Part shown: positions 45,759 through 54,941 of the stretch, in pieces | How the letters are laid out: the number at the start of each line of letters is the position of its first letter | How positions within the stretch are numbered: position 1 is the stretch's first letter | Source: an uncultured Nitrososphaerota archaeon | Lineage (GTDB): Archaea > Thermoproteota > Nitrososphaeria > Nitrososphaerales > Gagatemarchaeaceae | Length of the DNA: 64,000 bases | Assembly: GCA_963703285.1 (NCBI GenBank) | Contig: OY969807.1 | Span: 320,001 to 384,000, forward strand | Direction of reading: 5' to 3' | The notes under the pieces: model-generated | What the model was told of the DNA's origin: nothing | What the model saw: the letters and a program-made list of their open reading frames with translations, nothing else | Databases searched by the model: none | Position numbers and translations under genes: made by a program

Positions 45759-46922
45759 CCATGGCCACGGCGTTCCCCCCTCCGAGGCAGAGCGTGGCCA
45801 AGCCGAGCTTACCTCCCCTCCTCCTGAGCTCGTAGATCAGCGTCGTCAGAACCCTCGCGCCGCTCGCTCCGATGGGGTGGCCCAGGGCGACCGCGCCTCC
45901 GTTCACGTTGAACTTCTCCTCCGGTATCCCCAGCTCGTCCCTCACGACGATGGAGGCCGTCGAGTAGGCCTCGTTGTGCTCGAAGAGGTCGATCTCCTCT
46001 ACGGTGAGCCCGGTCTTGTTCAGAAGAGCCCTGACGGTCGGTATGGGAGCTTCCATGATGTCGGCCGGCTCGGTCCCGCCGGTGTGGTAGCCGATCACCT
46101 TCGCAATCGGCCTCAGCCCCATCTTCTCCGCCCTCTCCTCCGACGCGAGCACCAGAGCGGACGCGCCATCGGAGAGCTGCGATGAGTTCCCGGCCGTGAG
46201 CACGCCTCCCGGCTTGAACGCCGGCGGCAGCTTGGAGAGTCCCTCGACCGTTGTCTCCGGGCGTATGCACTCGTCGCGGGTGAGGATCTCTGACGCCGCG
46301 GGTCCTCCCTCCGAACTCACCTTGACGATCTCGTCGTCGAACCTCCCGGCCTTCTGCGCGGCGGCGGCCTTCATGTTGCTGGAGTATGCGAACCTGTCCG
46401 CCGCTTCCCTGGAGACGTGGTACTTCTCGGCGATCCGCTCGCCGGTCATGCCCATGTGATAGTTGTTGAAGGTCTCCCAGAGGCCGTCGTTCAGCATCGA
46501 ATCGACCAGGCGGGAGTCCCCGTACTTGCTGCCCCACCTCAGGTCCTTGACGAGGTACGGCGCGTTGCTCATGCTCTCCATCCCCGCGGCGACGACGAGC
46601 TGCGCGTCCCCCGCCTTGATGGCCTGGGCCGCAAGCATCGCCGCCTTGAGCCCGGAGCCGCAGACCTTGTTGACCGTGTACGAGCCGACCGTCACGGGGA
46701 CGCCCGCCCGTATCGCCGCCTGCCGCGCAGGGTTCAGCCCGGCCCCGGCCGGGAGCACCATCCCGGCAACGACCTCTTCGACGTCCGCCGGCTGCACGCC
46801 CCGCGCGATATCGCCTCCCTGACCACGATTTCGCCCAGCCGCGTCGCTGGGACCCGCACGAGGCTCTTACCGAACTTCCCTATCGGGGTTCTGCACGCAG
46901 ACAGGATGACCGGTTGGATCAT
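45742..46922 (-). pseudogene. Acetyl-CoA C-acyltransferase (thiolase) with a -1 frameshift near 46800 (pseudogene or sequencing error)
   Basis: RTPIGKF N-terminus in one frame, NKVCGSG, NEAY, GHPIGASG and CLGGG in another; adding one C (CGC GCG GGC GTG) joins them. Confidence 0.85.
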
Positions 46923-47017
46923 GATGACCGGTGCACCCTCCAGCTGGACCCGATAATAACGGGCGCGGTCGCACCACGGTCACGCTTATAAGGATGGCTG
47001 GATGAGCCATCCAGCTA

Positions 47018-47614
47018 ATGCAGGGCCCTGGCCTCGCGGGAAGCAGGAAGGTCGCCATCGTCTCCATGTTCACCGCGCTCGCCGTCGCGACCGACTACGC
47101 CATGCTGCCGCTGGCCAACGTCAAGCTGATGGACTCGGTAGTCTTCGTCTCCTCGCTGGCCTTCGGCCTCGAGGTCGGCGTCTCGGTCGGCGCGCTGACC
47201 TGGCTCGTCTACGGCGAGGTGAACCCCCTTGGCCCCGACGGCGGCGTCCTCCTCCTGGTCCTCATCGCGTCGGAGACCGTCTACGCGCTGCTCGGATACG
47301 GCGTGCGGCGGTTCTTCAATCCGGAGGCGTCGTCCATCCCCTCGAGGAGCCTGCTCTGGGGCTCGCTCGGTCTGATCGGAGCCTTCGTCTACGACCTTGT
47401 CACGAACGTCGTCCCGCCCCTCCTCTCCGGGACTTCGCTCGGCCACGCCGTCCTCTTCCTCGTCCCCGGCGCCCCCTTCATGCTCGCCCACGAGATAAGC
47501 GACTTTGTGTTCTTCTCCACCGTCGCGCCGGTGCTCTACGTGGCCATTCGCAAGGTAGCCAGGCGGCGTGGCTTCGTCGAGGTGAGGAGTCAGGTCCTCG
47601 ACGCGAAGCCCTGA
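47018..47614 (+). CDS. ECF transporter S-component-like membrane protein
   Basis: VAIVSMFTAL, P.ANVK and PF...H motifs; about six TM segments. Confidence 0.65.
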   Translation: MQGPGLAGSRKVAIVSMFTALAVATDYAMLPLANVKLMDSVVFVSSLAFGLEVGVSVGALTWLVYGEVNPLGPDGGVLLLVLIASETVYALLGYGVRRFFNPEASSIPSRSLLWGSLGLIGAFVYDLVTNVVPPLLSGTSLGHAVLFLVPGAPFMLAHEISDFVFFSTVAPVLYVAIRKVARRRGFVEVRSQVLDAKP

Positions 47615-48024
47615 ATGTCGTCTATCGAGCCGGTCCTCTGCCTCTTCGGTCTGAACTTCGCGGCCACCTCGCTCCCGACCCTGGCCCTTCCGATCAGCCT
47701 GTGGACGAGCCCGCCGCGCACGCCCTTGAACGTCACGAAGACGAAGGCGCCGTCTCCGCCTCCGGACGTGACCGCCTTCGCCCTCCCCACGCGCCCCACG
47801 CTCACGGCCCTGCTGATCTCGCCGTAGCAGAGCAGGCAGTACATCCTCAGCGGGATCCAGGTCTCCCCGCATCCGGGGCAGTAGCCCGCCAGTATCTTCC
47901 CGTCCGCCAGACCGCGAAGGAACTTCTCGCCCGCCACCCCGGCGGTGTACTCGTAATGGAAGGGGATGCTGTCAGCCCACTGCCTCACGCCCTTGACCGA
48001 GTCGAGCCTCTCCTCGATCGGCGT
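47590..48024 (-). CDS. Zn-ribbon/OB-fold (DUF35) protein; start uncertain (GTG 47988 or non-canonical about 48018-48024)
   Basis: YTAGVAGEKF, CPGC, P.RMYC..C, GSIDDI motifs. Confidence 0.85.
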   Translation of the reverse strand, partial: TPIEERLDSVKGVRQWADSIPFHYEYTAGVAGEKFLRGLADGKILAGYCPGCGETWIPLRMYCLLCYGEISRAVSVGRVGRAKAVTSGGGDGAFVFVTFKGVRGGLVHRLIGRARVGSEVAAKFRPKRQRTGSIDDIQGFASRT

Positions 48025-48027
48025 CCC

Positions 48028-48546
48028 CTACCGCCTCCCCCTCTTCGGCCTGAAGTACAGGATGTCGGTGATCGCACCTGCCCTCTCGCCGTCGGGCTTC
48101 CACACGGCCTCGACTTCCATCCCTACCTTCACCTTCTCCGGCCTCACCTCGCCCAGGAGGTGGAGGATCCCCATCATCGGCGACGCGCCTGCGATCTCAA
48201 CCACAGCGACCACTATCGGCTCCTCCCTCCTGCTGGCGTCCGAGTTCACGTAGGCTACCGAGTAGGTTACCACCCTCCCCGAGTCCTTCAGCCTGACCCA
48301 GCGGTCCGTCGGCCTGAAGCACCTCTCGCAGTACATCCTCGGGGGGACGAGCGTCCTCCCGCATCCGTCGCATTCCCTCCCCCAGACCTCCTTCTTCGCG
48401 AGCCCTGCGAGGAAGCGTGAGGTGGCTACCCCCGAGCTCCAGGCGTACCTGAGGTCGGTCTCGTACCTCGTGATGAGGTACCTGTGCCCTCTGGCCTCCT
48501 CCGGGGTGATCTCAACGCCCGGGTACCTCGAGATCTTCGAGCTCAA
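48028..48546 (-). CDS. Zn-ribbon/OB-fold (DUF35) protein
   Basis: CDGC, PPRMYCERC, GAITDI.YFRP motifs. Confidence 0.9.
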   Translation of the reverse strand: MSSKISRYPGVEITPEEARGHRYLITRYETDLRYAWSSGVATSRFLAGLAKKEVWGRECDGCGRTLVPPRMYCERCFRPTDRWVRLKDSGRVVTYSVAYVNSDASRREEPIVVAVVEIAGASPMMGILHLLGEVRPEKVKVGMEVEAVWKPDGERAGAITDILYFRPKRGRR

Positions 48547-48585
48547 CCCGGTCGTCAGCCGCTACCTGCGCTCATATAAGCTGAG

Positions 48586-50538
48586 TCACTTCTTCATCTC
48601 CCGTGCGAAGCTGACGAAGTACTCCATCGACGAGGGGTTCTCGAGGGAGTCCGGGTTGTAGACCTTGGCGGGGTCGGCCCCGAGGAGGATTCTCCGCACG
48701 GGAACCTCGACCTTCTTCCCGTTGAGCGTCCTCGGGACCTCCTTCACGGCGAAGATGTCGTCGGGGACCATCCTAGGCGAGAGCTCCGCCCTTATCCTCT
48801 GCCTTATCTCCGCCCTGAGGGGCTCGTCGAGCGCGGCGTCCTCTCGCGGGACCACGAAGAGGGGCATGTACGAGCGGCCGCCCAGGAACTCCATGTCGAC
48901 GACGAGGCTGTCGGCGACGGCCGGAATCGCTTCGACGACTCGGTAGAGCTCGCTCGTCCCCATCCGTATCCCCATCCTCTTTATCGTGGCGTCCGACCTC
49001 CCGAAGATGACGCAGGTGCCGTCCTCGTTGATCTGGATCCAGTCGCCGTGCCTCCACTTCCCCGGGAAGAAGGTGAAGTAGCTCTCGCGGTACCTCTCGC
49101 CGTCACTGTCCCCCCAGAGGTAGAGGGGCATGGAGGGCATCGGCTCCTCTATGACGAGCTCCCCCATCTGTCCGACGACCGTCCGCCCGATCTCGTCGTA
49201 GGCGGCTACGTCGGCACCCAGGCATCTGCACTGGATCTCCCCCGACCTGACGGGGAGCACGGGGCACCCCCCCAGGAAGGCCGTCACAAGGTCAGTCCCG
49301 CCGCTTATCGACGCCAGCCAGACGCTCTCTTTCACGTGGGAGTAGACCCACTCGAACCCGTCGGCGGTGAGCGCCGAGCCGGTCGAGCCGAAGCCCTTCA
49401 GCTGCCTCAGCGAGTGCGTGGAGATCGGGTCGACGCCGGTCTTCATCTGGGCTCCCACGAACGCGGCGCTCGCCCCAAGGAATGTCATCTCCGCCTCGTC
49501 GGCGAGGTCCCAGAGTGCGTCCGCTGTGGGAAAGAAGGGGTCTCCCTCGTAGAGTACTATCGTGGAGCCGAGCAGAAGGGACGAGACGAGGTAGTTCCAC
49601 ATCATCCACCCCGTGGAGGTGTACCAGAACATCTCGTCGTCCGGCCCCAGGTCGTTGTGAAGGGCGAGCGCCTTGAGGTGCTCCAACAGGATCCCTCCGT
49701 GACCGTGCACCATGGCCTTGGGGAGGCCGGTCGTCCCAGAGGAGTAGACTATCCACAGCGGGTGTTCGAAGGGGACCTGCTCGAAACGCATCTTCGATGC
49801 TGACCTGGTCAGGTCGTCCCAGTTGTGCACGCGGTCGATACCCCCGGTGTCCCGCCCGACCATCACCGTGTGCCCGATGGTCGGGATCGACTCCCTGACC
49901 TGCCCGACGACCTCGGCCTTCTGGATCCACTTCCCCCTGTAGCTGTAGCCGTAGGAACCGATGAGGACCTTCGGCTCTATCTGCTTGAATCGGTCCACCG
50001 CGCTGAGGACACCGAAGTCGGGCGCGCAGCTGGACCAGACCGCACCGATCGACGAGCAAGCCAGGAGGGCGATCACCGCCTCGGGGACGTTCGGGAGGTA
50101 CGCGGCCACCCTGTCACCCTTCTCCACCCCCATGTCCCTGAGCGACTCGGCGAAGGCCGCGGTCTTCCTCTCGACCTCCGACCAGGAGACGCTGCGTAGA
50201 CCCTCCGTCTCGGTCTTGGCGAGGATCGCGGTCTTCGCCGGATCCCTCGCAGCGAAGAAGTGCTCCGCATAGTTGAGCGCGCCGCCGGGGAACCACTTCG
50301 CCCCAGGCATCGTCCTGCTCTCGAGGGGGGTCGTGTACGGCGAGCTCCACTTCACACCGAAGAACTTCGAGAGCGACTCCCAGAAGCTCTCCAGGTTGTC
50401 GACGGACCACCTCCAAAGCTCTCCATAGCTACCCGTCCTGACTCCGCATTCGCGCTCCAGCCAGCGCGAGAACACCGTGATGTTGGCTTTGTCGATGGTC
50501 GCCTGCGAGGGCTTCCAGAGAGTCTTCGGCTCAGCCAT
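48586..50538 (-). CDS. Acetoacetate--CoA ligase
   Basis: LWKPS, WFPG..LNYAE, SSGTTGLPK, GWMMWN, SGGTD, WRHGD motifs; ATG 50538. Confidence 0.92.
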   Translation of the reverse strand: MAEPKTLWKPSQATIDKANITVFSRWLERECGVRTGSYGELWRWSVDNLESFWESLSKFFGVKWSSPYTTPLESRTMPGAKWFPGGALNYAEHFFAARDPAKTAILAKTETEGLRSVSWSEVERKTAAFAESLRDMGVEKGDRVAAYLPNVPEAVIALLACSSIGAVWSSCAPDFGVLSAVDRFKQIEPKVLIGSYGYSYRGKWIQKAEVVGQVRESIPTIGHTVMVGRDTGGIDRVHNWDDLTRSASKMRFEQVPFEHPLWIVYSSGTTGLPKAMVHGHGGILLEHLKALALHNDLGPDDEMFWYTSTGWMMWNYLVSSLLLGSTIVLYEGDPFFPTADALWDLADEAEMTFLGASAAFVGAQMKTGVDPISTHSLRQLKGFGSTGSALTADGFEWVYSHVKESVWLASISGGTDLVTAFLGGCPVLPVRSGEIQCRCLGADVAAYDEIGRTVVGQMGELVIEEPMPSMPLYLWGDSDGERYRESYFTFFPGKWRHGDWIQINEDGTCVIFGRSDATIKRMGIRMGTSELYRVVEAIPAVADSLVVDMEFLGGRSYMPLFVVPREDAALDEPLRAEIRQRIRAELSPRMVPDDIFAVKEVPRTLNGKKVEVPVRRILLGADPAKVYNPDSLENPSSMEYFVSFAREMKK

Positions 50539-50630
50539 GTGATGAAGAGTAGTAGGAGGGGGGCGGTATAAGCTCGCTGGAGTGAGCCGCCCAGGGGTGG
50601 GGCTGATATGCTCGGACTGACTCTCGACGC

Positions 50631-51569
50631 GTGAAGAAGAATCCCGCGCCGACACTCGAGCGAATCAAATCCTACGAGATGCTCCGGAGGCTGGTCGACG
50701 AAGGGGTCGATGACGGGCCGGCGGCGATTGTTATCAGGCTTCGAGAGGCAGGATTGCAGGTTCCTTCCAGGGGTACAGTCCAACGCTGGGTCCACAAGAG
50801 GAGTTCTCCCTCGACGAGCATGAGAACGTTCGAGCCAGTGCCTTCCAATGAATTGTCGTTCTTCGTTGCAGCATGGATTGGTGACGGCTGGGCGGACGAG
50901 GCCGACGGAGGGAAGAGGATGCGGCTGAAGGTGAGGTCAAGATCGTTTGCGGAGGAGTTCGCTCGCTGCGCAAGCGTAATCCTCTCAAAGTCGAAGCCTT
51001 ATTGCGTCTGGACGACGGAGGACGAAGGTGGCAAGTGGTACAACGTCAAAGTAACGAGCCTCAGATTGTACGAATTCGTCACCCGGCCTCTCACAAGTTT
51101 GAAGAGTTTCATATCTGAAAATCCAGAGGGATTTCTACGGGGCTTCTTCACGGCCGAAGGTTGTCCCTCAATCAACATCTCCAAGCTCCCTTCGGAATCC
51201 GGCAAGAAACTGCGCCTTGACATAGCTGCCGTTGTCTCGAATTGCGACATTGAACTTCTCGAGTACTCTAGGGACTTGCTTAGCAAACTCGGATACCATC
51301 CAGGGAAAGTTCGCCTGAATCATCCTAAAGGGAAGAAGACCAATCTGTCAGTAGCCTCGAAGGACAATTACCTGGTTACTATGGGAAGATTTGACGAGCT
51401 CTCTGCCTTCGCCGATGAAGTGGGCTTTGCGGATTCGGAGAAGAACGCGAAACTGCACGAGGCATTGGAACTTGTGGGCGAGGCGGGGTCATTTCGTGCC
51501 GCCGAGCGCTGGCTGGAACTTTACGTGAAGGTCGGCGGCAAGTGGACCCGAAAGGACTCACCTACGTAA
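50631..51569 (+). CDS. Free-standing double-motif LAGLIDADG endonuclease with HTH-like N-terminus
   Basis: LSFFVAAWIGDG and FLRGFFTAEG motifs; VPSRGTVQRW; lower GC; overlaps the thiolase stop by 12 bp. Confidence 0.9.
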   Translation: MKKNPAPTLERIKSYEMLRRLVDEGVDDGPAAIVIRLREAGLQVPSRGTVQRWVHKRSSPSTSMRTFEPVPSNELSFFVAAWIGDGWADEADGGKRMRLKVRSRSFAEEFARCASVILSKSKPYCVWTTEDEGGKWYNVKVTSLRLYEFVTRPLTSLKSFISENPEGFLRGFFTAEGCPSINISKLPSESGKKLRLDIAAVVSNCDIELLEYSRDLLSKLGYHPGKVRLNHPKGKKTNLSVASKDNYLVTMGRFDELSAFADEVGFADSEKNAKLHEALELVGEAGSFRAAERWLELYVKVGGKWTRKDSPT

Positions 51570-52721
51570 GGTTATGACTGTGCCACATTGGAGTAAGTCC
51601 CCCCAGGCCTGCGCGAGGCCCCTCTCCGCCTTCTTCTTGATCTGCCTCTTCCCCGCCTCGCCCTTCAGCTGCCAGTAGACCTCGCAGACCTTCATCATCC
51701 CGGCCGCGGCGATGGGATTCCCCACGCCCAGCAGCCCGCCGGACGGGTTGATCGGGAACTCGCCTCCTCTCTGGGTCACGCCCTCCTTGGTCAGCCTGGG
51801 CGCCTCCCCCTTCTTCGCCAGCAGCAGGCCCTCCATGTGGTGAAGCTCCTTGTAGTCGAAGGGGTCGTAGACCTCGGCGAAGTCCAGGCTCTTCATCGGG
51901 TCCTCTATCTTCGCCATCTTGTAGGCCATCCTCGCGGCGCTCTCGACGTACGACGGGTAGTACAGGTCCCTGTTGGTCCAGTACTGCGTGTCGACGTTCC
52001 AGCCCACGCCGTCGATCCAGACCGGGTCCTTGGTGTACCTGCGGGCCACCTCCTCCGAGGCTAGGATGACCGCTGCCGCGCCGTCCGAGGGGGGCGAGAC
52101 GTCGTACCGCTTCACGGGCGAGACTATCCTCTCGCTGTTCATCACGTCCTCGACCGTTATCTTCGCGGCGAGCTGCGCGCACGGGTGGTCGAGCGCGTTC
52201 ATCTTGTTCTTGACTGCGACCAGTGCGATCTCCTCCTCCGTCACGTGGTGGACGTGCATGTAGCGCCTCATCTCGAGCGCGAAGATCCAGAGGAGTGTCA
52301 CCCCCAGGGGCCTCTCCGTGGTGTGGTCGAAGATGGACCAGAAGGCGGACTGGGGGTGCGGGTGCAGCGGCGACATCTTCTCCTCGGCGACGGCCAGGCA
52401 GGTGTCGAAGAGCCCCGAAGCGACGTGCCACCATGCGCCGATGGGGGTGAAGACGCCCGTTCCTCCCCCGACATAGACCCTGCTCGTCGGCCTCCCAATC
52501 CCCCCAGCGCCCTCGAGCAGGTACTCGCCCTTCATGTGGACGCCGTCGAATGCGTCTGGCGCGCTCCCCATCACCACGGATTCGACGTCCTTCATAGTCA
52601 TCCCGGCCGAGTCGAGCGCCATCCTCGACGCCTCGAACGAGAGCTCCCTACCCGTCTCCAGCAGCCGCCGCCTGAAGAGGGTCATCCCAGCCCCGATGAC
52701 CGCGACCCTTCTCTTGATCAT
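51558..52721 (-). CDS. Thiolase-family (SCP-x/lipid-transfer type) protein
   Basis: VAVIGAG, SDGAAAVILA, EVYDPF, NPSGGL motifs; ATGA overlap at 52718-52721. Confidence 0.9.
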   Translation of the reverse strand: MIKRRVAVIGAGMTLFRRRLLETGRELSFEASRMALDSAGMTMKDVESVVMGSAPDAFDGVHMKGEYLLEGAGGIGRPTSRVYVGGGTGVFTPIGAWWHVASGLFDTCLAVAEEKMSPLHPHPQSAFWSIFDHTTERPLGVTLLWIFALEMRRYMHVHHVTEEEIALVAVKNKMNALDHPCAQLAAKITVEDVMNSERIVSPVKRYDVSPPSDGAAAVILASEEVARRYTKDPVWIDGVGWNVDTQYWTNRDLYYPSYVESAARMAYKMAKIEDPMKSLDFAEVYDPFDYKELHHMEGLLLAKKGEAPRLTKEGVTQRGGEFPINPSGGLLGVGNPIAAAGMMKVCEVYWQLKGEAGKRQIKKKAERGLAQAWGDLLQCGTVITLRR

Positions 52722-53857
52722 ACCCTCGCCCCCGACAGTATCGCGACGCCCCCGGTGGCGGTCGGGACCCCCCGCCAGGACTGGACGAGGGCCCTCCGCG
52801 CCCCATCCACCTGCATCGGGCCGGCCTCCCCGCGCAGCTGGAGCACGCACTCCAGCAGCCGGTGCAGCGCCGACGCCTCTAGGAGGTTGCCCACCCCCAG
52901 GGAGCCACCGCACGGGTTGATGACGGGCCCGTCCCCCGAGAGGATCCTCTCCATCTCTGCGCGGCTCTTGGCGAGGGAGAGCAGGTGCTGGAGTAGCTTG
53001 AACGAGTAGGCGTCGTCGAGCTCGAGGACGTCGAAGGCTCCCAGGTCGCGCTTGAGCCCCGCTCGAGCGAGCGCCCTGCCGTAGGACTCGCTGGCGTAGC
53101 CGGCCACCGACGGGTCGCCCCCGTCGTACCACGGGAGGGACGAGCTCCAGGCGACCCCGTCTACGAAGACTGCATGCCTCCTGTTCTTCCTTATCCAGCG
53201 CTCCGAGGCGAGGACGAGCACGACCCCGGCGTCGGCGAACGGGGCCCTGTCGACCCTCCGAAGAGGAGGCGAGAGGTACCCCGACCCATCCAGGTCGGAC
53301 TTGCTCAGCCTGGCCCCGTAGCTCGCCCGCGGGTTGTCCAAGGCGCGGCCCTTCACGCCGATCAGCAGCCCGTCAAGAACGTCCCTCCGGCTGCCCGAGG
53401 ACCTCATGAAAGCCCCCATCTCCAGGGCGGCTAGCGAGTCCGTGCTGATGCCGAGAGGCCGGATGAGCGTCGGTTCCTGGGCGAGCCTCTCCACGGCCTC
53501 CTTGTCGATGACGTCCGCCGCCTTGCTGTGAGCTTCGAGCGCGACGACCTCGGCCACGCCCGAGAGTATCTGCATGACCGCGTTCCCGAGCCCGGTTATC
53601 GAGTCACCCGCGATGGTGCACAGGGGTCTGCCTGCCCCCCCTATCTGGTCGGGGACCATCTCGTCGGCGATGGACCAGCCCTCCCAGAGGTCCTCGGTGC
53701 AGCAGACGAATGAGTCGACGTCTCTCCTCGGCTCGACCGAGGCGTCGTCGTATGCCCTCGCGGCGGCCTCGTACATCATCTCCCTCGTGGAGAGGTCGGC
53801 TACGACGGGTCTGAAACCCTCCGACCCCACGCCCACGATACCGACTCGGTTCGGCAT
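52718..53857 (-). CDS. Thiolase-family partner subunit
   Basis: VGIVGVG, D.G.VLVLA, INP.GG.LG.G motifs; ATG 53857. Confidence 0.85.
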   Translation of the reverse strand: MPNRVGIVGVGSEGFRPVVADLSTREMMYEAAARAYDDASVEPRRDVDSFVCCTEDLWEGWSIADEMVPDQIGGAGRPLCTIAGDSITGLGNAVMQILSGVAEVVALEAHSKAADVIDKEAVERLAQEPTLIRPLGISTDSLAALEMGAFMRSSGSRRDVLDGLLIGVKGRALDNPRASYGARLSKSDLDGSGYLSPPLRRVDRAPFADAGVVLVLASERWIRKNRRHAVFVDGVAWSSSLPWYDGGDPSVAGYASESYGRALARAGLKRDLGAFDVLELDDAYSFKLLQHLLSLAKSRAEMERILSGDGPVINPCGGSLGVGNLLEASALHRLLECVLQLRGEAGPMQVDGARRALVQSWRGVPTATGGVAILSGARV

Positions 53858-53949
53858 GTCCGTGGAGCGGCGTTTTCCCGTCTCGGGCCATAAGGCTTCC
53901 GAAAGGGTTCGTCGATGGCTTAAATTCCGGGGCGAACGGTAGGCCAACC

Positions 53950-54939
53950 ATGACCGGAAGGCTCGCACTCGGTTTCAATCCGGTACTGCCCGTGAAGGAC
54001 GCGGTCGCGGTGGGGAAGAAGGCGGAATCTCTGAGCTACGAATCGGTCTGGTTCCACGAGAGCCTGTTCCAGAGGGACGTCTTCTCCTACCTCTCGGCCG
54101 TCCTCCTATCCACGTCCCGCATCCGTGTGGGTTCGGGGGCGATCAACACGTTCACGAGGCACCCGCTGACCACCGCCGCCACCTTTGCGTCGCTCAGCGA
54201 GCTCTCGGGGGGGCGCGCGGTGATGGGTGTCGGGTTGGGGAGCTTCCCGACGATACCGAACATCGGTTACAAGATATTCCCGGTGGCCGAGACGAGGCCC
54301 CTCCAGAGGATTCGGGAGTACGTTGCCATCTGCAGGTCCTTCTGGGCCGGCGAGAAGCTGGACTATCATGGCACCTTCTTCACGGCCGAGAAGCTCCAGT
54401 CGGACATCAAGCTCGCGTTCAAGGTCCCGGTGTACATAGCCTCGCTCTCGGAGAGGACGCAGAGGTACGCGGGGGCCGAGGCCGACGGTGCGATACTCTC
54501 GCCCTCCATCGCGACGACGGAGACCACGGCCACGATGGTGGCGCACGTCAGGGAGGGGGAGAAGACCTCCGGACGGACGGTCGACAAGGCCTCGTATCTT
54601 CTCACCTCGGTGGACGAGGACAGGGAGAGGGCCCGGGCCGCCGTCAGGGGGTTCTACTTCTTCAAGTATCAGCTGGGCGAGGTGATAAAGCCCGAGTCGT
54701 TGAGCAGGTACGGGGTTTCACTCGACGAGGTCGAGAGGTTCAGGGCTGCCTGGAGGTCCCGGGACCCCGGGGCGGAGAGCCTCGTGCCCGAGGGGGCCAT
54801 CGACGCGATGAGCGTCTGCGGAACCCCCCAGGACGCGCGGTCGAAGATTGAGGGCTTTCGGAGGGCCGGCGTGGACCTGCCAATCCTGATGCCCATTGGA
54901 AACGTTAATTATGCGATAGAATCACTCGCACCAAGCTAA
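53950..54939 (+). CDS. LLM-class flavin/F420-dependent oxidoreductase
   Basis: AE...Y..VW..E, RHP...A, S.GR..G.G.G, ADG motifs. Confidence 0.88.
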   Translation: MTGRLALGFNPVLPVKDAVAVGKKAESLSYESVWFHESLFQRDVFSYLSAVLLSTSRIRVGSGAINTFTRHPLTTAATFASLSELSGGRAVMGVGLGSFPTIPNIGYKIFPVAETRPLQRIREYVAICRSFWAGEKLDYHGTFFTAEKLQSDIKLAFKVPVYIASLSERTQRYAGAEADGAILSPSIATTETTATMVAHVREGEKTSGRTVDKASYLLTSVDEDRERARAAVRGFYFFKYQLGEVIKPESLSRYGVSLDEVERFRAAWRSRDPGAESLVPEGAIDAMSVCGTPQDARSKIEGFRRAGVDLPILMPIGNVNYAIESLAPS

Positions 54940-54941
54940 GC

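Noticed and set aside
6670-48030. TAG read-through or recoding suggested by in-frame gene pairs at 6670 and 48030
   Set aside because: TAG ends many genes at their expected C-termini (guaB, radA, asnS, sod); non-canonical reinitiation explains these cases more simply.
50539-50620. C/D-box sRNA (GTGATGA ... CTGA ... CTGA)
   Set aside because: Box spacing is atypical, there is no C' box or terminal stem, and the region is a divergent promoter with TATAAG.
24432-51569. The two LAGLIDADG ORFs as inteins or intron-encoded proteins
   Set aside because: No intein splice residues or host exteins; both are antisense to and outside the neighbouring genes, and I found no flanking BHB.
54880-54939. AT-rich ends of the LLM gene (also 13801-13864, 16330-16376, 36360-36445) as further tail replacements
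   Set aside because: No convergent nuclease or duplicate tail; these ends likely embed promoters for the next gene. They are also a caution for the weaker tail-replacement cases.
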